Source of the DNA: Dimorphilus gyrociliatus
Lineage: Eukaryota; Animalia; Annelida
Direction: 5' to 3'
Length of the DNA: 64,000 nt
Assembly: GCA_904063045.1 (NCBI GenBank)
Contig: CAJFCJ010000006.1
Span: 5,038,408 to 5,102,407, forward strand
Positions 53,750 through 64,000 of this stretch are shown in pieces (within the stretch, counting starts at the first letter, position 1; each line of letters opens with the position of its first letter). Both the position numbers and the translations under genes were made by a program. A model generated the notes under the pieces. It was given only the letters and a program-made list of their open reading frames with translations. It was not told where the DNA came from and made no database searches.

Positions 53750-54039
53750 CAAGATCATCTGAAAATATATTTACAGTATTGATAAATTAATAAAGTTATA
53801 TTTGGAATTGTGAAGATTCTTTGCTAATAGTGAATTTTTTCATGAATATTCAAAATAAACAAATATGTAAATGTACTTTGAAGGGTAATTAAAAGGGATT
53901 ACGAGAGTTTATTAACTAATTACTATTTTTGTGTTAGTATCGTCTACTCTTCACTTCTACAAAACAAAAAATGTTAGATAGGAAAATTATGTAAAAAGCT
54001 AGTCTTTTAATATTCTTCGTTCGATATCCAAAACTTAGC

Positions 54040-55028
54040 TTAAGCTTTCCTACAAACAAAACTATGTTTCAATCTTGGATTTAAACATCGAACGCACTGT
54101 AAATCTTTAGGACAAGCTGTAAGAAATAGACGGATACCATTTCCGTACACATTGAATCTATGAGAGTGGCCGCAGGAATAATTTTCACCTCTGGCAGTTA
54201 CTTTATAAACTATTTCTGTATGTTTAAAAGAATGAAAATCATTAATTATTAAATTTTATCTATTTGAATTTACATAATTAGTAATTAATTGTCTTACCGA
54301 GTCTTGCACATCTTGTGATTTTACTACCGTCTGGTAATTCATTTTCAAAAAAAATTTCTCCTTTTGGGCATTGACATGTTTCATTGATACATTTAACAGA
54401 CGATTCACAATCGACTGTATTCGAACATCCAGCTTCATTATTTCGAACTTTATAGAAGATATTCAATTTAGATAACTTTAAATATAGGAACTTTTTTTTA
54501 ACTTACGACGTCTACAGACCCCATCTTTTCTGGTATATCCAGAGCTACATTTACATAGACTATCCAGACAATTTGTGTTCTCTTCTACGCATTGAGCATA
54601 TGGAGAATTACAATTTTCTTCGTATTTTTTGGGGTTTTTAAGCACACATTTGTTATGTTCAAATTTATAAAAGTCATTTTCACATTCGCATCTAAATGAC
54701 ATACATTTTAAATTACTCATGCACGTATCGAGTCCAAAGCATTGTTCACCTTTACCTCTTTCTGTTAAATGAAAAATAATAGAATATACAAATATTACTA
54801 TAAATTATTTAATATACTTGGTTTACAGTTTTCACTTTCCAAATACTGATCATCAGGACATCCGCAATATCCGTTTTCACAGTATATATCTTCAATATTT
54901 GATTTTTTTATGCATAAACCGGAAGTACAATCTTCATTTGTAAAACAGAGTGAATTTGAATTTGCTAAACACACACATGTATAAAAAATTAGATAGCTTG
55001 GAAAGGAAACTATGACATATATATTCAT
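54040..55028 (-). CDS. Cys-rich EB-like protein CRP7, lacking the C-terminal anchor
   Basis: Four exons; NPKKYEENC; TARGENYSCG; frame ends VCRKA* at 54040-54042. Confidence 0.85.
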
Positions 55029-55313
55029 AGTTTACTTTTTGAAACGTTGTATTTAGAATAAGTTACGAGAATGAGGGAACACATTCAACATTCAACAGGA
55101 TATTGACTAAACAAAAGATAAGAAAGTGTACTTATCGCGTTTTGTATTTAGTATTTAAACATAAAAGGCATACCATTCATGTATAAACGTACTTTTATCT
55201 TCTTGCTCTTTGATGAATAACAATGAGTAAAAGTCACAAAGAAATAATAAAATAGTATAACATGTACATTTTATCAAATTTTTATTTGCCAAAATCTTGT
55301 CCTAATTGAAACT

Positions 55314-56381
55314 TTAATGCAGAATTAATAAGAAAACTAAAGATACTATAAGTAGAGTTTTCATACAAAAGATACGATTAGAAATTGATGGTTTGTTTGA
55401 AAAATTTTTAGATTTTGAGCAAAAATTTCCGATTAAATTATCAGCCGTAAGACACGCAGAGCATAAGTAACCCTTCGGACAATGTGTTACCATTAGAGAT
55501 CCCTTTGACATTTCGCTTTTTTCGTATCTATAACCGCATTCCAGGTCCTTTTTGGTTACTTTTTCTCTTATAGTAACTAAGTTTTTTAAGTATTATTCAT
55601 TAGTTAATTAATATTTATATCTATTGTTTTACTTACAATCCTTTCTTTCACAAGTTTTTAATTTTTCTCCATTAGGCAAATCATATTCAATATATTGATG
55701 GTCTGCTAAACATTGACACTTCCCATCTCTACATTCGAGTGGAGTATAACAAGGTTCTTCACTCGAACATTCGTCGTTATGTCCCACTATATGTTTGCAA
55801 GGGTTATTATTATTAATATTTCGTTTCTAAATTAATTATATTTACGTGGTTTGCATACTCCATCCTTTCTACTATACATTGGCGAACAAACACATTTGTC
55901 GGATATGCACGAATTATTTTCCTCTTCACAAAATCCAAAATTGTCTTTACAATTTTCTCCATATTTTTTTGGATTTTTCAAAATGCACTTGCCTCTATTT
56001 AATTCATAAAATTCATTTGGGCAATCGCATTGTTGAAGAACGCATTGGAGACCATTTGATTTTAAACATTGGGTATCATGGGTACACGATTCACCTGCTT
56101 GTTTCTCTGTTTTTTTTTTCAGAATGAAAGAGCTTAATGCTATTTAAATAAAAGTATAAGGAAAAAAAAACATACTGGGTTGACATCTAAAATTGTCATC
56201 AAAGTATTGTTCGCCGGAACAATCGCATCTTCCATAATAGCAGGTCTCTTCTCCAAAAACAGATTTCCTATTACAAAAGCCGGGTGTACAATGTATATCG
56301 TCGGAACAGAGATCGAAGCTTTTACTCAACAGAAACAACTGAAAGCCGATAGAAAAAATGAAAGAGAGTTTAAGCTGCATG
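55314..56381 (-). CDS. Cys-rich EB-like GPI-type surface protein CRP8
   Basis: Four exons; ATG at 56381; NPKKYGENC; tail RIFCMKTLLIVSLVFLLILH. Confidence 0.9.
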
Positions 56382-56786
56382 TTTAACACTATTTTATTTC
56401 CAAATGATAAAAATATATAAATAGGCTTACGGTCACAGCTATCGATAATGTATTAGTCAGTATCGGTGATTAAAAACTTCAAAATTCCCCTTAAACTTTC
56501 TTTATTAAATAGTGAGGAGGCTATTCCCATTTGTTAAATAACAATTGCAATATTTTGTTACCTCTTCTAATATCTATATATATATATATATAGGAAATTG
56601 GACAAAAAGGTAGTTCAATTTTATATTTTCTATTATCAGATAACATAGTTAAATGATCTGTTTGCGGAAACTTCATTATAGTTAGAGATATTAAGATAAA
56701 TATTTACAGTACTTGAATTTGAATAAAGACCGGAGAAGACAAAGAACACTGTTTCGATAATGTAAAATATTGTATGTTGAAATTTT

Positions 56787-57847
56787 TTAAAATCTGACTG
56801 CTAATGAACAAACAGCTGATAAAAATATATAAACAACACTAAAAACTAGAATATTTGCTTCACTTGATGAACTTTCTTTGGAAACGCATATATTCCTTCT
56901 TGAAGAGCTTATGGCTACACAATTTAAACAGTCAGAGTCTTTTGGGCAATTCTGTTTGAATAGATAAGTGTCACTTCCTTCCTGTGATGTAAAAACATGG
57001 CCGCAACCGTGTCCTTCTTCAACGTCGAGGTTTTTTACAATCACTGTTGCATGAATATCATTTGAAATTGAGATATATTGTTAATCTATTATAAGAATTA
57101 ATCTTACTATTTTTATCACTGCACATAACATGTTGGGTGCCATCTGGTAAGGTTTCGTTGTAATATTTCCTATTATTCGTACAAATACATCTTCCTTGAG
57201 AACACTCAAAAAATACCCCACATTCATATGATTCTTTGCATTCCTCATTGTAGTTGACTAATCATCAAAATATTAATTATAAATTAACAAGCAGAAAGGA
57301 TTTACTTACGAGCTCTGCATTCATTTCTTATTCTAGGTACTCGATATAAACATCGGCATTTTCCCTGCTCACAAAATTGATTTTTTTCATAGCACATATC
57401 AGTAGGTGAATTACAACTTTCTCCGTATTTTTTAGGACTTATCAAGACACACTTTCTATTTTCATATTTATACTTATTGTTCTGACATCTGCACTTTCCA
57501 TGAAAGCACCGTAAACCTTGTTGGATCGAACAATGCATTTGATGAGAACACAGCTCATCGTAGCTTTTTTCTGTTTTAAACAAATAAAAACTTTTTCAAA
57601 TAGATACTTACTTATTTAAATACTCAAACTTACGTTTTTCACAAGTATTTCCTGAAAGATAGGTTCCATTTGGGCAATTGCAAGTGCCGATTGCGCATAG
57701 TTTTGCCCTATTATTTAGAGCAGATTTATCACAATAGCCTGTTTCGCAATCACTATTCTCAAAGCAGATAAATGAACTAGCCATTTTTAATTTTATCGTA
57801 AAAATTAAAACACATATTTGAATGAAAAATACGATTGAAGCTTTCAT
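56787..57847 (-). CDS. Cys-rich EB-like GPI-type surface protein CRP9
   Basis: Four exons; SPKKYGESC; tail SSSSEANILVFSVVYIFLSAVCSLAVRF. Confidence 0.9.
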
Positions 57848-58285
57848 TATTGTGTCTAAGTGAATAAATGAGAATTTTTTTAGACTGGTATGGAAGTCTA
57901 GCTTTTCTCATATTTAGTATCATATTGTTTAACTACGATATCAGCCAATCGATAAGTCATAAAGTTAGAGCTTGATGAAGGCTTATGAATAGCAAAATAT
58001 ATCCTGTTTTACTATATGTCATCTTTTAACAAATTTGCAAATTTTGCAGTATTTTTCCTAATCGTGTATTGCGTACAAAACAATTTTAATAGAAAGTCTC
58101 ATTGGAAAAAAGTAACGAAATGTATTTATCATAGCTTAAAAATACATACACGTTTATACTAATATTAAATATTACCTTATTAAAACAATCAATTGTTCAA
58201 CTGTAAAATATCTAATGTGACACTTCTCATATACTTTTTTTAACTAAAGCAAGTTAATATTAAAAGAAATATTGTACTTTACAAA

Positions 58286-59315
58286 TTAGGTAGCTTTCTT
58301 TCTACAAACACTTTTCACAGAATCGTCGGCATCCGTACATGAGGCACAAGTCATATGATCCGGACAAGAGATGACCCATATTTTGATCTTCTTCTCCATA
58401 CTGCCAGCCCATGCTGTACCACAAGAATGATTTTCTCCTTTTGCTGTACTCTTAATTATTTCAGCTAAAATTTGACCATGCATTATTATATATACATATA
58501 ATAATTTCATTTTCATTTCATGTGATAACTTACCGTCTTTAGAGCAGACATTCCACGTTTCACCATTGGGTTTAGTTACTTTAAAGAGTTTTTTATCTTG
58601 TCGACATTCACATTTTTTATTAATGCATGAAAAAGGTGGCGGACATTTTTCTTTGGTTGAACATGCTTCTTTATATTGACCTATTAAATAAGTAAACTTT
58701 CTAATAGTAATGTAGTTATTTTACATCTTGAATTACTTACGACGTCTGCATATATTACCATCTCTTACTAAAGGTGGAATGCACGTGCATGTGTCATATT
58801 TACAATATGAACTCTCTACGATACAGAGTCCCTCTACTTTATTGTTAAATCTACATTTTTCTCCAAGTTTCACAGGTTTTTTTGGTACGCATTTCCTATT
58901 TTCTACTTTATAAAGATCATGTCGACATTTGCAAATGTTCTGTATGCAATTAAGATTATCCTCCTCAGAACATTCATTGAAGCCATGACAAGCATCTCCG
59001 TGTTGACGCTCTTTAAAATTTAAATATAATCTATTTCATTAAACTTATATATACAGTATATATATATATATATATATAAGATTGTATATATTGTTAATAT
59101 TATTAATTGATAGACTTACTTGGGAAACACTTGTTATATCTCATATATTGTCCCTTTGGACAACCACACTTGCCGTATTGGCACACTATCTCTGATTTTA
59201 ACAATTTAACGTCACAATACCCAGTTGAACAATGCTCATCCTTGTAGCAAAACAGATAGCTTTCAACAAATCCAGCTAGAAGAATTAAACTTGTAAAAGT
59301 ATTATAAACTTTCAT
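58286..59315 (-). CDS. Cys-rich EB-like protein CRP10, lacking the C-terminal anchor
   Basis: Four exons; ATG at 59315; TAKGENHSCG; ends VCRKKAT*. Confidence 0.88.
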
Positions 59316-59891
59316 CTTCAACTATAGAATTAATAATGTGGTTCTTTGTTCATTTCCACACTGATCTATAGGTCTAAATATTATTGACGTTGATAAGCTT
59401 ATATGATATATAAATGTATATAGTCTCTCTTTAAGTAAACTTATATTTAATCTAAAGTGTAGATAAGATTTCAGGTATATCCTTAAATTTGTAATAGGGG
59501 AGATAATAGTAAATTAACAAAAATGTCTGCTATTAAGAGAGAACTTTCATAAAAGTATTATTTTATAGATAAGAAAGTACCTCCAGAGTAGAAAAGTAGA
59601 AAAAATGCACATTTAAACTGGTCTAGAAGCGAGAACTTTTCAAGTTTTGAATGATAAAAGGCGAGAAATGATTAAGTATTATTCAAAGTGGAGAAAAAAT
59701 ATTATTAAACAATGAAGTATTAGTCAAATGACTATTTATTCAGTTAATAACAACTTAATTCTCAGTTTAGTGTAATTTAATGACACATAACATAGACTAA
59801 ATGTTTAATGAGATAAGATATCGTATAAATGAATTAATGAATACAAGTTAGTTTGTTGAACTAATACAGTAGAAAAAAATATAGTATAACA

Positions 59892-61574
59892 ATGTTAAAT
59901 GGGATTTTTATTTCATTTTTATTGATTACAGTATATCAAATAAACAGAGTTTCTTCCAGAACGATATGCTTAAGAAATGAGCATTGCTCTTCTGGTATTT
60001 GCAACTTTAAATCGAAATTCAATTTAGGCATTTGTAATATTGGATTTTGCGATTGTAAAGAAGGATATTATCCCATTATTGGCCATTTGACAACCGATTG
60101 TAAGAGATGTAAGTATTTAGTGATATAATATTGATATAACCATTGATAGCCACCGTCATCAATTTAAATTTAGTAAGACTTTATAACGAATCTTGTGAAA
60201 ATGACGAACTTTGTTCGGATAGTAAAAGACTAGCTTGCCAAGCCACGAAACCAAGGAAATGCCTGTGTAATAGGAAAGATAAATGGAATGGTCAAGAATG
60301 CGTACCGAGAAATCCAAGAAAACTAGGAGAAAAATGCTCCGATCTTCGAGATGTTTGTATTGCTAAAAAATCTTATTGTAAAAATGGAATTTGTTCTTGT
60401 CAAAATTACTTTAGACATGAGGGAGATAGCTGTCGACCAGGTTAGTTATATATATAACTCTTTATTTTGTACATTGTACGAAAAAAATTGTGGCCACACT
60501 AAAAATTTGTGTGTAATTGGTTTTTGCCTGATTGCATTAAAATTTCATGACAATTTTACATTGCTATTATTAATGATGAATGTATGAAAATTGCAAAAAA
60601 TGGACTTATATATATATATATATATAGGGGAAGAAAGAAAAAGCGTGTTATTAGGAGGGAGATTGTAGGTACTGCCCTTAATTAGCAGATTTTGGCTAAA
60701 TGAACACTGCTTCTGCCTAGCATCAATCAAAGGATTAGAAATATCCTACAGTATCAAGAACTATTAAAAAAGCCAAAACTTAATTCAAGACAAATAGAGA
60801 TAAGAAAGAAGTTCTGCTACACGTATCATGCCCTTGAATCACGGCATAGATTCATTTTTACCAATGAAAAAAAGTCCAATCTAGACAGGCCTGATTACTA
60901 GACTTCCTTTTAGCAAAGCCTTTCTTAGAAAAGAGAATTTTTTTCCAAGTGGGACTTATTGGGAGTTGTTAGGGCCGGGTTTACTATATTCATCATTACT
61001 AAAAGTGATATACTGTATAATTGTTAACAGGTTTAAAAATTTTCAGTGTGGTTACTTTAGATATACAATGTAATAAACAGTTAATTTTTAGTTAGGATGG
61101 GAGATACCTGTTTCACAAATAAATCTTGCCAGTATCCATCTTTGTGTGTTAACAATAAATGTAAATGTCCAAATGGAACGGAAGTGTTTAAAGATAAGAT
61201 AATTGGTGAAGACTGGACAGAATTTTGTAAAAGGAGGAAAGGTATAATAAACTTTCTCTTCTTATTCTTTTAATTAAACCTTTCCAGTTTAAAATATTTT
61301 ACTTTTAGTTAGAATTACCTATCAGAATAGGCAATTGAATGAAACTTGTGGTTATTTATTGGCTGAAAATGAAATAACTATAGAAAGATGTCAAAAAAAT
61401 TCGATTTGTGATTATTGTTATGGAGCTCGAAACGAAGAAAAATCAATTTGCATACGACCTTGGAATTCTAACCATTCAAAGACAACAATTCTACCGGCCC
61501 ATCAGAATTCTAGGGCTCCACTGCTTAATAGCTATTTTACAATAACTATTCTCAGTTTCGTGTTCTTTTTATAA
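59892..61574 (+). CDS. Cys-rich EB-like GPI-type surface protein CRP11 (enlarged intron 2)
   Basis: Four exons; NPRKLGEKC; intron 2 is about 650 nt; tail NSRAPLLNSYFTITILSFVFFL. Confidence 0.88.
60627..61017 (+). mobile_element. Tc1 transposase relic inside CRP11 intron 2
   Basis: 60731-60901 reads LLKKPKLNSRQIEIRKKFC..FIFTNEKKSNLDRPD*, matching Tc1 KKP.L....R..F/VIFSDEKKFNLDGPD. Ends in ..ACTG-TA and begins in a TA run. Confidence 0.75.
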
Positions 61575-61920
61575 TGAGATGGAATTTCAAGAACTTAGTT
61601 CACCATCTTTATTACCTTCTGTTGATACAATATAAGCTAAGAGTTTGAAAATTCATCTATTTGCTAAAAGCTTTTATGATCATTTCTTTGGTGGAAGAAA
61701 AAATTGTCTCTCCTTCATATTCTAAGTCTTCTGCTTGTCGACAGTTAAATTTCAGAGTTTCTAGTTATTCAAATAGAAATAAACTTTATAAAATGTTTAA
61801 ATTGTGCTTAAATAAATAAAAGAATAATTATTCATATCATTTATTCAGTTATTTTCAAATGCTATCATTTTAGGTTTGTTTAGAGAGAATTACTTGAAAC
61901 GTCTATAGACTGGTAATGTG

Positions 61921-62506
61921 TAAAGTAATCGACAAAAAATTCCGGACACCGAAAAAGTTTTTTCGGCCGTATATTACAAATTTATCTTTTTAGTTCTTAA
62001 CTATTAAATATTGCGTTTATATATCGATTTATATATTCATTTGTTACTCTATGGTAACCTGCATCATTTTATTTGAAGATGTACTCCGTGTCCCATTTTG
62101 AGTGATTTTCGAGTCCAGATTATCCCTTATTTTTTAAGGCATTACTTTTTCTTCTTTTAGAATCCTGGGATGTGGAACCAACTCTTTTATACTGCAAATT
62201 TTGTCTTTTCATCTCCCTCTGAATTGTATCAACGCTTACATTTACATCTAATTCCTTTAAAATTTTTCCTGCTGTCACCTTTTCTTTGTGTCTTTTAAGT
62301 TTCTTGACAATCTTTTTCATCTTGCTTATGTCTTTTTCTTTAAGACATTTTGGACGACCCCTATTCTCTTTTTCTGGTGGCTCATACCTGATCATAGCCG
62401 AAACTGTAGATGGTGCCATTCCCAAAGCTCTAGCTGTTGCCCTTAGTTCGCCCAGTTCATTAAATTTCTTGATCACAAGAGGCCTAACATCTTTGCTCCA
62501 TGCCAT
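61921..62506 (-). mobile_element. Internally deleted Tc1-like element (DNA-binding half only) with one TIR-like end
   Basis: ORF 62506-62120 has HTH (RATARALGMAPSTVS), the GRPK linker and a second HTH (VTAGKILKELDVNVSVDTIQREM), but no DDE domain. TA-aAGTAATCGACAAAAAATTCCGGACACC at 61921 resembles Tc1 TIRs; the partner TIR was not clearly found. Confidence 0.8.
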
Positions 62507-64000
62507 AATTAAATAAATACAATAGAAATGATATAATGTAATTAAAATAGAAAATAATTGAGAAGCCAAACTTTGAAAAGTAAATTTATCTAAAAAAAAC
62601 TGTTAAACGTCTATTTGAACGCAAAACCGGATGTACGTTAATTAAGTCTCGCAGCCAAATAAAGAAAAAAAAATTATGTAAATTAGTAAAAAGTTTGTCC
62701 TAGTAATATTCATAAATACGATAGTTTGTACCAATTTTTTTCAATATTACATAAATTTAAATCTTTTTGGATATAAATGTAGACAAAAAAAAACTAATTT
62801 TGAGGGTTTTTTAAAAATTGGCTTATCAATTGTTTGCTGATTATATTTCTTTATAAAGAAGAAGTTTCTCGTATGAGAACATAGACGATGAGCGTAATGT
62901 CTAATGAAACATTGGCCAGAAAAGTTGAAATAAGTTTATAGAGCTACTGCTAAACATTGATAACGTTTAAGGATATTATTCCTTTACAAAAAATTCCAAT
63001 TTCCTCTTCTTTCTTAATAATTCTTTGCAATGAAAGAATTGAAAACTGTCTTTTAACGTATTATGCAATATTCAATTCACAAAGTTCACGAATGCCTAAG
63101 CTGGAACAGATTTTATCAAGTCATTTCTCTTTCAATTTATGCGGTTTTATTAATTAATTTTCACAAAAATAAGTGTAATAAGGCAAAAACAAAATGGAGG
63201 AAAATGTAAGATAAAAAGCGTCTTACTAATAGTTTTTCTATGTATTAAAATGAATGTTAAATTAAATGCCGAAAAATTTTAGCCCTCCTCCGCAATGATA
63301 AATAGTTCGAACAATAAAATTTTCTTTTTGTCATTTTTCTTTTCTTCATTCAAGTAAATGACGTACATTTGGCATAAAAGGGGAAAGAATAGAGCTTTTA
63401 TTGTCTGGAAGGTATTTTATTATGGTAAAAAAAGTTTTTAAAGGATATTTTTAGATAAAAGTTGTTTAGAAATTAGAAGATATATAATAAAAACTAGTTT
63501 TAGAATAATCCACTCGTGTAGGCCATTTTGCTGTGTATAAAAAAGAGAATTTTTTCCACTGCTCTATTTAATACTGTCCAACTGCATCTGAAATGTATTC
63601 TTTCCAGCTCTTTTTGAAACAAAGGTTAATAGTCTTATGTATATATGTATATAATATAACTATGTCTCTTCATTTAACAGGAAGATGTATTTCTTCATAA
63701 AAGTAAAACGAACTAGCCATATTTGATGAAATACTTCATTTTGGAAATGTTTTATTTATCTTCAAAGTCTTATCCGTTGCATCATTTTCTTCTGTATCAA
63801 TGTATACAAGAACTTTAAATTAGCGATCTTCAGGTAAGAGATATTAAATTATTATACATCTCAAGAAATTTTAGCTTCTTCGACAATATTTGATTACAAA
63901 CTTTCAAAGTACAAATAGAATTTATTAGCATATCACATAATTTTTAGTCTGACATTTCATGCATCCTTAACAAACACAATAACATTTCATTTCAAACAGA

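Noticed and set aside
6873-60730. Antisense or overlapping short ORFs in the track (e.g. 6873-7061, 21332-21538, 36194-36439, 39832-40116, 51587-51859, 55846-56127)
   Set aside because: Shadow frames of real exons on the other strand or frame, without independent coding signal.
42464-61574. Regularly spaced repeats as CRISPR-like or recombination cassettes
   Set aside because: The similarity is at the protein level (Cys codons, splice sites). No identical nucleotide repeats or promoterless cassettes were seen, and each copy has its own ATG and signal peptide.
62860-64000. Stop-interrupted minus-strand frames near the window end
   Set aside because: May be a decayed gene or transposon, but no motif could be identified.

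Overview
Eukaryotic, AT-rich, gene-dense invertebrate DNA with very short GT-AG introns (mostly about 50-80 nt), so the ORF track mostly shows exon fragments. Gene content and compactness fit a miniaturised spiralian genome such as Dimorphilus; that taxonomic guess is inference only. Gene models were spliced by hand. In order: GDPGP1; an ionotropic-receptor-type iGluR; GPATCH11; an intronless orphan ORF; a tandem pair of degenerate STAND-NTPase/TPR genes; two CUB-TM genes; a six-domain F-type-lectin-like gene; PINCH/LIMS with two alternative LIM1 half-exons; a PRDM7/9-like PR/SET gene without a zinc-finger array (absent from the ORF track); an M1 aminopeptidase N; and TRMT2A. The dominant structure is a family of 12 highly diverged four-exon Cys-rich (EB-like) secreted/GPI-type genes: 11 in an array at 42.5-61.6 kb, one outlier at 27.7 kb, plus a decayed copy. 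Tc1/mariner relics and 12 exact TATACAGTATA/TATACTGTATA motifs (candidate excision footprints) are scattered through non-coding DNA. No rRNA, tRNA or CRISPR array was recognised. Comparisons with known proteins are from recalled motifs, not database searches.
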